12,917 nucleotides of DNA from Kineococcus radiotolerans SRS30216 = ATCC BAA-149 (GCF_000017305.1 NC_009660.1:1-12917), one strand, 5' to 3'; shown: positions 1 through 6,964, counted from the stretch's first letter. The notes: generated from the letters alone by a model not told the origin. A program made the numbers and translations.

Positions 1-428
1 TGATGGCTGCTCACGGGCCCGGTCAGCAGGTCCTCGGCGTGCTCGGCCAGCAGGTGCCGGGCCAGGGTGCCCACCTGGTCGGTGGCGGCCACCACGACGT
101 TGCGGTGTTCCTCGGCGGCGGCGATGCGCCGGCGGGCGGCCAGCAGGTCGTCGGCGGCGTTGGCCGGCACGTCCTCGCCGGCCAACAGCGCCTGAGCGCC
201 GGCGTGCACCAAGGCGGCGGTGTCGATGCCCGGCGTGGTGGTCATGGACGCCAGCTGCGCCATGCCGCGCTGCCAGGCGCGGGTGGCGGTCAGCAGGTCG
301 GTCGGGGCGGCGTCGGCCAGGTGCTCGGCCACCGCCTGCAGCGCGGTGGCGGTGTGGCGGCTCACCTGCTGCGGCACCGCGCGCATCGTCGCGGTGGGGA
401 TCGGGGCGGGGGTGGTCTCGGTGGTCAT
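1..428 (-). CDS. Hypothetical protein, N-terminal 142 codons; the ORF runs off the left edge
   Basis: It is absent from the ORF track because it has no stop in the window. My translation from ATG 428..426 gives MTTETTPAPIPTATMRAVPQQVSRHTATALQAVAEHLADAAPTDLLTATRAWQRGMAQLASM...LLTGPVSSH, with no stop down to position 3. Codons are almost all G/C-ending. GGAG lies at 437..434, 5 nt before the ATG. The start is 14 nt downstream of the stop of the preceding gene. Confidence 0.6.
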   Translation of the reverse strand, partial: MTTETTPAPIPTATMRAVPQQVSRHTATALQAVAEHLADAAPTDLLTATRAWQRGMAQLASMTTTPGIDTAALVHAGAQALLAGEDVPANAADDLLAARRRIAAAEEHRNVVVAATDQVGTLARHLLAEHAEDLLTGPVSSH

Positions 429-442
429 GGTGTCTCCAGGTC

Positions 443-901
443 TCAGAGGACGATGCCGGTGTGATCGCCGCGAGGGCGGGGCTCGGGTTCCCAGGGCTTG
501 GCCGGCGGGCCCTGCGGCGGGGTGGCCAGCTCGCGCAGCTGCGCGGCGATGGCGTCCTGGACGCGCTGCTGCAGCGCCTGCGCGGCCTGGCTGGCGGGGT
601 CGGGCGTGACCGCCTCGGTGACCGCCGCAGCCGCCGAGCGGATGGCGGCCTCGGTCGCCGCCATGGTCGTGGGGTCCACCACCGCGCGGTTGCCCGGGGG
701 CAGGGCGGCCACCATCGCCTCGGCGTGGGCGCGCACGGCGGCGGCACGCTCAGCCCCAGGCCCGTCCTCGCGGCCGGACGCGCTGCGCATCACCGCCGGC
801 GCCGGCGGCATGGGCAGTGGCGACTGGCCCAGGGCCTGGCGCATCGCGTTCACCTTCATGGCCACCAGGTAGGGGTGGTCGGGGGGCAGTTCCTGCGGCA
901 T
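443..901 (-). CDS. Hypothetical protein (152 aa)
   Basis: This is the ORF-track frame 443..976 with the start moved to ATG 901..899. That ATG overlaps the TGA at 903..901 of the upstream gene (TGATG). GGAG at 910..907 lies 5 nt upstream. GC3 is high. I recognise no family. Confidence 0.55.
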   Translation of the reverse strand: MPQELPPDHPYLVAMKVNAMRQALGQSPLPMPPAPAVMRSASGREDGPGAERAAAVRAHAEAMVAALPPGNRAVVDPTTMAATEAAIRSAAAAVTEAVTPDPASQAAQALQQRVQDAIAAQLRELATPPQGPPAKPWEPEPRPRGDHTGIVL

Positions 902-1308
902 CAGTTCTCCAGGTAGCTGCTGAGCGAGATCACCGAGGCGTCGTCCTCGGTGGGGGCTGCGGTCGGCAGGTGCCACCGCAGGCGTTCGCGCGCCAGGGCG
1001 GACAGGCCCAGGCGGTCCTCCAGGGCGCGCAGCTCGGCCATGCGCTTGGCACCGGCTTCATCGCCACGTGCGATGGCGGTGCGCAGCAGGACCACGCGCA
1101 CCGTCACCGCCAGGTCGGCGGCGGGGTCCCACTGGCTGGCCATGGGCGAGGACCACAGCAGCCAGAACTCGGCCACGGCGTCCTTGCCGGCCTCGCGCAC
1201 GACCTCGGGCACCTGCTGGGGCCTGGACCAGTTCGGCGCCGTTCCCAGCACCGGCAGATCGGTCCACCCGGCCGGGCGGCGGTGGCTACGTGCGTCACGG
1301 GGCAACAT
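901..1308 (-). CDS. Putative phage terminase small subunit (TerS)-like protein, 135 aa
   Basis: This is the C-terminal part of the ORF-track frame 901..1953. ATG 1308..1306 is preceded by AGGAG 9 nt upstream. The motifs FWLLWSSPMASQW and AELRALEDRLGLSALARERLRW resemble, from memory and unverified, the W..W.sP.A..W and GL(T/S)P..R.RLR(W) signature of actinophage or P27-type small terminases. An alternative start is GTG 1521..1519, which forms a GTGA overlap with the upstream stop. Confidence 0.5.
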   Translation of the reverse strand: MLPRDARSHRRPAGWTDLPVLGTAPNWSRPQQVPEVVREAGKDAVAEFWLLWSSPMASQWDPAADLAVTVRVVLLRTAIARGDEAGAKRMAELRALEDRLGLSALARERLRWHLPTAAPTEDDASVISLSSYLEN

Positions 1309-1517
1309 GCGTGTGCTCTCCTGCCTGTTCTCGGTGTTCCTGAACCCCTGGGGGACCTCAGCAGCGCGACCGCGCAGAAGCCCACCCCTGCGCTGGCTGC
1401 GCCCCTCGGGACCTCGCCTTGATGCCCCCACCCGCCCCTGTACGCCCGGCTGACGGGCCCGCGGCACCTCGCCGGTGTCCCAGGACCCCGGCGAACCCCG
1501 AGCCCTCAACGAGGCGT

Positions 1518-1787
1518 TCACGCGCGACCCCCGGCCCCGGCCGAGATGGCGAACCGGCGAGGGCGGCGAGCACGGGCAGCCGCAGCGCAGCGCGAGCACA
1601 CTCCCCGGCAGCGGTCGGGGTCGCGCGGGTCGATGCCCAACGCACGCAACGTCGGCGCCGGCACCGGGTGCGCGATGACCGCGACGCACGGTCCCGAGCC
1701 ACAGCGGCAGCAGGTGGGGTCGATGGCGACCACGGCCTGCAGCAGGCCCGGCTCGGGCACCTGCTGGCGACGGCGGTACAGGTTCAC
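1518..1787 (-). CDS. Small Cys-rich protein (89 aa), possible zinc ribbon
   Basis: The GTG start at 1787..1785 overlaps the TGA at 1786..1784 of the primase-helicase gene (GTGA). GC3 is high. The Cys clusters are CCRCGSGPC and CRGVCSRC. Confidence 0.5.
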   Translation of the reverse strand: MNLYRRRQQVPEPGLLQAVVAIDPTCCRCGSGPCVAVIAHPVPAPTLRALGIDPRDPDRCRGVCSRCAAAARARRPRRFAISAGAGGRA

Positions 1788-4459
1788 TGGTCGTCCTCCA
1801 CGGTGTCCTCGGTGGGTGGTTCCCGGTGGTTCCCGGGTGGTTCCCCGGCGGTTCCCGGAACCACCCAGCCAGAGCCCTCCAGGTGGTTCCCCGGTTCCCC
1901 GGTACTAGACGGGGAACCGGGAACCACCGGGGCGGCACCACCCTCGGACCCACCTGCAGGGCTCAGGTGGTTCCCGCCGTCGAACTGGTCACTGCGCGGG
2001 TCCTGCGCCTCGCGGTAGCTACGCACCGAGCGGTGCAGCTGTGAACGGCCGGGGCCGGGGGTCGCCGCCACGTAGCCCTCGGCCACCAGGGTCGCCAACG
2101 CCTGGCTGCGGTACTGGGGCCGCCCCCGCATCACGTCCGTGTCCTTGGTGAGCAGGTTCGTGGTCAAGGGTTCGGGGCTGGCCTCCAGCACCTTGGACAG
2201 TCGTTCCATGTACCCCGTCAGCCGCGACCCGCCACCGCTGTGGCCGACGCCGGGGCCGTCGTCCTCGCCGCTCTCACCACCGACTGCTGGCGGGTCCACC
2301 ACCACGCGGATGGCCTCGCCGTCGCTGGAGTCCACCGAGACCCGCGCGACCTCGGCGGTGCGGTCGCTGGCCCGCCACGGCATCGCCGCGTGCGGGCGCA
2401 CCCCGCCGGGGCGGTCCTTGGCCACGCGCACCACCACCAGCCCGCGCATCCCACGCCCCAGCGGCAGCTTGGGTTCCACGATGTAGGCGGCGTCGCAGGC
2501 GGCGAGCTTGGCCTGGCTGCCGATGGCCCAGCGCCCCCGGGTGTCGCGGTCCTTGGTCACGTGGTCGATCAGCACCACGGCCGCGCCAGTCTCGCGCGCG
2601 ATGCGCCGGGGCACCCCACGCATCCACGCGGTCACGTCGTCGCCGTCCTTGGAACTAGCCCCGGCCAAGCCCAGGAACTCCGTCACCCCGTCGATCACCA
2701 CCATGTCCACCGGCTGCGCCAGCAACTGCTGCCACGCCTGCGCCTCGCTGAGCACCCCGGGGCTGACCTCAGGGCGCACGTAGCGGAACCGTTCACCCGT
2801 CAGCACCTCGGCCGGGGCCCCCATCGCCAGCAGCCGGGCCACGACGTTGCCGGGGGTGTCCTCACCGTCGATGTAGACCGCGCTGCCGCCGGCGGCCAAC
2901 ACCCGGGCGACCTCGGCCTGGGCCAGCAAGCTCTTGCCGCTCTCGGGTTCACCGGCCAGCGAGTGGACCCGCCCGGCGTACAGCAACCCCACCCCGTCGG
3001 TACGCGGCATGAACTCGGCCACCGGCACCACGTGCTCGCCGGCGACGACCGCCGCCAGGTCCACCGGCGCCCACGTAGCGCGTACGGGTTCGCCGCCGTC
3101 CTCTCCGGCGTGCGGGCCGGTGTCCTCCCCGCTGTCCAGGCCGGCGTTCTCGCGGCCACGTTCGGCATCGGCGGTCACGTCGTGGCGGTGCTGCAGGAGT
3201 GCGAGGGGCAGCGCCGCCGCCGGCAGCGGTGAGGATGCGCGGCTGCCCCGGCGCTGCACGTGGCGCTCCTGCAGCACCGCCACGACGTGGGCGGGGATGC
3301 CGAACGTGGCCGCACCGGGCACCCCGTTCAGCGCCGGCTGCAGCTTGTGGCAGAACGCGCTGAGGTCGCCGCCGAACCCGGCGAGGTGGGACAGCAGCCG
3401 GGGCACGTTCAGGCCCACCCCGGTGGGCAGGTCGGCGTTGTCCGACCAGTTCACGAACACGTCGTGCCCGTCGTGCCCGCTGTGACCCGACACCGGGTTG
3501 GACGGGTTGCCCGGCCGGCGCCACTGCAGTTCGCCGGTGGGGCTCTGGGCCACCGCGGTCCAGCCCGCGGCCTCCAGGACCTCGCGCACGCTGAGGTGCG
3601 CGGCGAGGGTCTCCAACAGGTTGGTGCCCCCGCCGGTCTCGTCGGCGAGGAAGCGCCCGGTGTTGGTGGTCGGCGCGCTGCGCGCCGGGGCGCCGACGGA
3701 GAACGCCGACGGCGGCGTCCTGGACACCGACACGGGGTGGCGGGCGTCGAGGTCGGCGCTCCACTGCTGGAGGTGGGCGAGGGTGTAGCGGGGGCCGTCG
3801 GCCAGCAGGATGCGCCGCAGCACCGGGCGCCGCCCGGGCTTGCGGCTCACCGTCCCCGCGGCGCCGAGGACCCGCGCGAGGTCGTGGGGCTTGGGGTCGT
3901 AGACGAACCCCTGGGCGGCGAACCCCCGCGCCACGCCCTCCCCGAGCCGGCGCAGCAGAGCAGCGACCGCGGCGCGGTTGCCGTCGTCGATCAGCTCGGG
4001 GTGCTCCAGCAGGAGGTAGGGGTGCTGGCCGTGGCCGCTGTCGACCAGCAGCGACGGGGGCGGCAGGACCTGGGAGAACAGCTGCGCCAGCTGTTCGCTG
4101 TCGCGCGGCAGCACCAGGCCGTCTTCGCGTTCGGGGGTTTCGTGCGCCAGCAGGGTGTCGCCGTCGAACCACGCCCCGGGCAGCACCGCCGAGGCGGTGT
4201 CACCGCCTCGGCCGCGCTCGGGACGCTGACGCTGCGAGCACACCCGCAACCAGACACTGCTGGCCGCACTACTCCAGCTGGAGGCGATGGCCTCGGCCTG
4301 CTCCGCGGTGTCCAGGTGGACCGTCCACGGCACCGCACGGTCGGGGAAGGCACCCGTCAGCGAGACCAGGAAACCGGGCGGCACCAGGCTCTGGACGTGC
4401 TGCAGGAACTGCGCACCATCGTGTTGCGGCAGGTAGCTGACCGGCTCCACCGCGCTCAC
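1784..4459 (-). CDS. Bifunctional AEP primase-polymerase / RecA-like (RepA/DnaB-type) replicative helicase with a C-terminal winged-helix-like domain (891 aa)
   Basis: This is the ORF-track 992-aa frame with the start moved to GTG 4459..4457, which overlaps the upstream TGA at 4458..4456.
- AEP motifs read by eye: AWFDGD (DxD), LLVDSGHGQHPYLLL (sGxGxH) and VYDPKPHD...GTVSRK.
- Helicase part: Walker A GEPESGKS, Walker B-like DMVVIDGV, and VVLIDHVTKD.
- A wHTH-like segment follows: LTGYMERLSKVLE...ALATLVAEGYV. Confidence 0.9.
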   Translation of the reverse strand: MSAVEPVSYLPQHDGAQFLQHVQSLVPPGFLVSLTGAFPDRAVPWTVHLDTAEQAEAIASSWSSAASSVWLRVCSQRQRPERGRGGDTASAVLPGAWFDGDTLLAHETPEREDGLVLPRDSEQLAQLFSQVLPPPSLLVDSGHGQHPYLLLEHPELIDDGNRAAVAALLRRLGEGVARGFAAQGFVYDPKPHDLARVLGAAGTVSRKPGRRPVLRRILLADGPRYTLAHLQQWSADLDARHPVSVSRTPPSAFSVGAPARSAPTTNTGRFLADETGGGTNLLETLAAHLSVREVLEAAGWTAVAQSPTGELQWRRPGNPSNPVSGHSGHDGHDVFVNWSDNADLPTGVGLNVPRLLSHLAGFGGDLSAFCHKLQPALNGVPGAATFGIPAHVVAVLQERHVQRRGSRASSPLPAAALPLALLQHRHDVTADAERGRENAGLDSGEDTGPHAGEDGGEPVRATWAPVDLAAVVAGEHVVPVAEFMPRTDGVGLLYAGRVHSLAGEPESGKSLLAQAEVARVLAAGGSAVYIDGEDTPGNVVARLLAMGAPAEVLTGERFRYVRPEVSPGVLSEAQAWQQLLAQPVDMVVIDGVTEFLGLAGASSKDGDDVTAWMRGVPRRIARETGAAVVLIDHVTKDRDTRGRWAIGSQAKLAACDAAYIVEPKLPLGRGMRGLVVVRVAKDRPGGVRPHAAMPWRASDRTAEVARVSVDSSDGEAIRVVVDPPAVGGESGEDDGPGVGHSGGGSRLTGYMERLSKVLEASPEPLTTNLLTKDTDVMRGRPQYRSQALATLVAEGYVAATPGPGRSQLHRSVRSYREAQDPRSDQFDGGNHLSPAGGSEGGAAPVVPGSPSSTGEPGNHLEGSGWVVPGTAGEPPGNHREPPTEDTVEDDQ
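1816..1975. repeat. Iteron array (GTGGTTCCC, direct and inverted copies); candidate replication origin inside the 3' end of the primase-helicase gene
   Basis: Copies by position:
- Exact GTGGTTCCC at 1816, 1826, 1837, 1883 and 1967.
- Degenerate direct copies at 1848 (GCGGTTCCC) and 1891 (CCGGTTCCC).
- Inverted GGGAACCAC, exact at 1919..1927.
- Inverted partial copies at 1857..1864 and 1912..1920.
The arms 1883..1900 and 1911..1927 form a 17/18-nt inverted repeat around GGTACTAGAC (1901..1910). Confidence 0.6.
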
Positions 4460-4899
4460 GCCCTGGCCCCCGTCTTGCGCTGCAGGCAGCTGGGGCACAG
4501 CCGGTAGAGCACGGCCAGCGGCCCGTAGAGCACCCGGCCGATGCCGGCGACGGCGGGGGCGTGGCACTGGTCGCACTCGGCCCGGGCGCCCGGCAGGGCC
4601 TGCAGGGCGGTCTCGCATTCGGGGCGGCGGCAGGCGTAGACGTGGGCCCCCCAGGCGCAGGTCGTGAGCATCCCGGGGCCGCGCACGTGGGCGCACCACC
4701 GTTCCTGGGCCTGCCCGCTCGCCACGGCGATGCCGGCGGCGGTCAGGGCGGCGACCATCCACAGCGGCGGGGTCTGCAGTTCCTCGGCGCGGGGGTGCTG
4801 CAGTTCACGCTCGGCCTCGGCGTCGGCCTCGCGGAACAGGGCGTCCAACTGGTCCAGCCAGGCGGTACGCGCGGGGTCGGTCGGGTCGGCGGTCATCAC
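4456..4899 (-). CDS. Cys-rich hypothetical protein (147 aa), possible zinc-binding protein
   Basis: The GTG at 4899..4897 (or ATG 4896..4894) overlaps the TGA at 4898..4896 of the upstream gene. GC3 is very high. There are 8 Cys, including CDQCH and CPSC pairs, and one hydrophobic stretch (PPLWMVAALTAAGIAVASG). Confidence 0.6.
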   Translation of the reverse strand: MMTADPTDPARTAWLDQLDALFREADAEAERELQHPRAEELQTPPLWMVAALTAAGIAVASGQAQERWCAHVRGPGMLTTCAWGAHVYACRRPECETALQALPGARAECDQCHAPAVAGIGRVLYGPLAVLYRLCPSCLQRKTGARA

Positions 4900-5207
4900 G
4901 CCACCGCCCCGGCCGCGGTGACCTCGGCTAGGGCTGCCTCGCAGTCCTGCGCAGCGACCGGGGCCAGTTCCACCAGGGTGATGGAGACGGGGTGGCGCTT
5001 GGCCAGGGCACGGTCGCGGGCACGCTGGGCAGCCGCCAGCGACAGCAGGAGGCGCTGGCGGCGGTGGCCCTCGGGGAACCAGGTCGTCACCAGCAGCGCG
5101 AACCGCGCGGGCGGGGCGAGTGTGGAGACGCTGGCGGTGCTCGCCGGCGCGGTGCTGGTCGCGTTCGCACTGGCGGTGGTCGGCACCGGGCGGCGTCGGC
5201 GGCTCAC
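4896..5207 (-). CDS. Hypothetical protein (103 aa)
   Basis: This is the ORF-track frame 4896..5288 with the start moved to GTG 5207..5205, which overlaps the TGA at 5206..5204 of the HTH gene (GTGA). GC3 is high. I recognise no family. Confidence 0.55.
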   Translation of the reverse strand: MSRRRRPVPTTASANATSTAPASTASVSTLAPPARFALLVTTWFPEGHRRQRLLLSLAAAQRARDRALAKRHPVSITLVELAPVAAQDCEAALAEVTAAGAVA

Positions 5208-5473
5208 GCGGTCATCAGGTCGGTGAGGGGCACGCCGTAGGCCGCGGCCATGCGCGCGGCCACGTCGATGCGCGGCTGGACCTCGCACCGTTCGTAGCGG
5301 CGCAGCATCCCGGCCGACTGGCCGGTGTACTGCGCCACGGTCTCGCGGGACAGCCCCGCGCCCTCGCGGGCCCGGCGGGCGGCGATGCCGTCCCAGCGCA
5401 GGCGCACGGGCCCCTCGGCCGAGGTGGCGGCCTCGGGGCTGGTCTGGACGGACGACGGCACGACGACCTCCAC
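5204..5473 (-). CDS. XRE-family helix-turn-helix transcriptional regulator
   Basis: The sequence LRWDGIAARRAREGAGLSRETVAQYTGQSAGMLRRYERCEVQPRIDVAARMAAAYGVPLTDLM matches the classic XRE/Cro-type HTH pattern. The likely true start is GTG 5461..5459, which has GGAGG 5 nt upstream; the ORF-track start is GTG 5473. Confidence 0.8.
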   Translation of the reverse strand: MEVVVPSSVQTSPEAATSAEGPVRLRWDGIAARRAREGAGLSRETVAQYTGQSAGMLRRYERCEVQPRIDVAARMAAAYGVPLTDLMTA

Positions 5474-5580
5474 CGTTGATCGGGACGACGACGCCCGGAC
5501 AGGCGCCGTGCGCGCATCAGCCCGCCAGCGGTGGCCCCGAGGGGAGATCGCCGAGCTAGTCAGGGCGGGGCGGGACCCAC

Positions 5581-5617
5581 GGGTGCGGTGCGCGGCCTCG
5601 CGCCCTGCACCGCACCC
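5581..5617. repeat. Perfect 11-bp inverted repeat (GGGTGCGGTGC / GCACCGCACCC) with a 15-nt spacer
   Basis: Read directly: arms at 5581..5591 and 5607..5617. It lies between the stop of the 375-aa gene (5837) and the start of the HTH operon. No U-tract follows on the minus strand, so it could be a terminator, an operator or a leader structure. Confidence 0.4.
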
Positions 5618-5836
5618 GCCCCTGACCCACGCCCATGCAGCGCGTGACTGGACGGTGGCATGTAGTCACAGAATGAGCAACCCCGTCTGGGCATGTAATC
5701 CGTTGCGGGAGAAGCACATACGTGTGCCAGAAAGATTGATTACGTTGCAGCGCAAGGAGTTCGCCTGTGGATAACGTGCTCACGATTCGTTCAAATTCCC
5801 TGGGACACAACGCGTCTGGCACACACATGTGATTCG

Positions 5837-6964
5837 TCAGGAGCACCGGCGCCGGGCGTTCGCCTCGCGCAGGGCGGCGAGGGCGTGCTGCGCGATGGGG
5901 GGCAACACCGCCGAGGCGGTCTGCCGCTCGGCGGCCTCAGCGGCACGCCGAGCGCGCACCGCCTCCAGGCGCTGCTGCTGCGCCGCATGGCCGGCCAGGG
6001 CCCGCTCCAGCCCCATGGCGTCGATCAGCTGCCCCCACGCCTTCAGGCGCCAACGCAGGACCGCCACAGGGTGCTCGGGGGTCGTCGCGGCGGTGCGCAG
6101 GCTGCCGTCCGGGGCGTGGCCCACGACGTAGACCACCTGGTCCGGGGTCAGCTCCAGCAGGCCGGCCTGGCGCAGCAGGCTGGCCAGCCACGGCGTGGAG
6201 ACCGCCAGCAGCTCGGCCAGCCAGGGCAGGTGCTCGGCCTCGGCCAGGGTCTGCGCCCGGTGGCGCACCTTGGCGGCCAGCAGCAGCTGATCGGTCCTGG
6301 TCTGGCCTCGCGTCGGTGATCCATCCCGGCGCAGCCGCCGCCTGGCCAGGTCGTCGTCCCGGCGTGTCGCTGCACGTTCTGCCACTGCGATCCGGGTATC
6401 GCGCACCCGCGCGTGGGTGATCTTGTTCCCTCTCTCTGTAGAGAGAGGGGGGGTGACATTTCGTAGAATCCTGTTCTGCGGCAACACCTCTGCAGAGGTC
6501 TGCTGGGGTGCGTCAGCGGGGTCCACCGGGATGGTCAGGGCGTAAACGGCGCAGCGGTTGCCGTCCTGGCCGGCGGCCGGGTGGTGCCCGCCCCGGGTGC
6601 TGGGGGTGCTGCCGTGCTCCAGGACGACCAGCAGCCCCAACGCCTCCAGGCGGGCGCGCAGGCGGGCCACGGTGCGCTCGGTCAGGCCTAGCTGGTCAGC
6701 GGCCTTGGTGCGCACCAGGGTCGTGGTGCCGTCGCCGCGTGCGCTCTTGGCCAGCAGCCAGGCGTAGGCCAGCAGGTGCTCGCGCAGGTCGCGGCGCCCG
6801 GCCTCGGCCGTGATGACCTCACGCACGTGGCGCCACCAGGCCGGGGCGTGCCGGCGCCGGCGGAGGCGCCCGGCGGCGTGCGGCGAGGTGGGCAGGTCGT
6901 GGTCGCGGGGACCGTGCTGGACCTGGAGCGAGGGGGCGGCGCTGCGGTGCGCCGTGGCGAGCAC
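5837..6964 (-). CDS. Winged-HTH domain protein (375 aa), possibly a plasmid Rep- or regulator-type protein
   Basis: This is a long, high-GC3 ORF. The N-terminal wHTH-like segment is TKAADQLGLTERTVARLRARLEALGLLVVLEHG. I cannot assign the family by eye. The GTG start at 6964 is uncertain. Confidence 0.7.
   Translation of the reverse strand: MLATAHRSAAPSLQVQHGPRDHDLPTSPHAAGRLRRRRHAPAWWRHVREVITAEAGRRDLREHLLAYAWLLAKSARGDGTTTLVRTKAADQLGLTERTVARLRARLEALGLLVVLEHGSTPSTRGGHHPAAGQDGNRCAVYALTIPVDPADAPQQTSAEVLPQNRILRNVTPPLSTERGNKITHARVRDTRIAVAERAATRRDDDLARRRLRRDGSPTRGQTRTDQLLLAAKVRHRAQTLAEAEHLPWLAELLAVSTPWLASLLRQAGLLELTPDQVVYVVGHAPDGSLRTAATTPEHPVAVLRWRLKAWGQLIDAMGLERALAGHAAQQQRLEAVRARRAAEAAERQTASAVLPPIAQHALAALREANARRRCS
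6428..6499. repeat. Two perfect palindromes in a local low-GC patch inside the 375-aa gene
   Basis: CCCTCTCTCT-GT-AGAGAGAGGG lies at 6428..6449 and ACCTCTGCAGAGGT at 6486..6499. The codons here are atypical for the gene (ATT CTA CGA AAT ... ACA GAG AGA). Confidence 0.7.

Noticed and set aside
3-609. Plus-strand ORFs 3..464 and 220..609
   Set aside because: They are Gly/Arg/Ala-rich shadows antisense to the well-formed minus-strand genes 1..428 and 443..901.
1522-1953. Upstream part of the 350-aa ORF 901..1953 (WFPVPRLVPGNRGTTW..., GNHPGTTGNHPP)
   Set aside because: It overlaps the primase-helicase 3' end and the coupled 89-aa gene. Its odd repeats are simply an alternate-frame readout of the iteron array. 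Only the segment below 1521 (or below 1308) is plausible coding sequence.
2139-4507. Many long ORFs on both strands inside the primase-helicase gene (for example 2240..3232 +, 3260..4507 +, 2949..4172 -)
   Set aside because: These are typical shadow ORFs of high-GC DNA. Their composition is Arg/Gly/Pro/Ala-rich and low in complexity, they show no motifs, and they lie entirely within a gene with clear catalytic motifs.
4460-4762. N-terminal 101-codon extension of the 992-aa ORF (MDGRRPDRRRHRRGERAG...)
   Set aside because: It is Arg/Pro-rich junk-like sequence that fully overlaps the well-behaved Cys-rich gene 4456..4899 in another frame. GTG 4459 with a GTGA overlap gives a clean start just before the AEP domain.
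6420-6500. tRNA-derived attP core (GTAGAATCC resembles a T-loop)
   Set aside because: No T-arm stem or acceptor-like sequence surrounds it on either strand, and no integrase gene is present. It is treated as palindromic cis elements instead.
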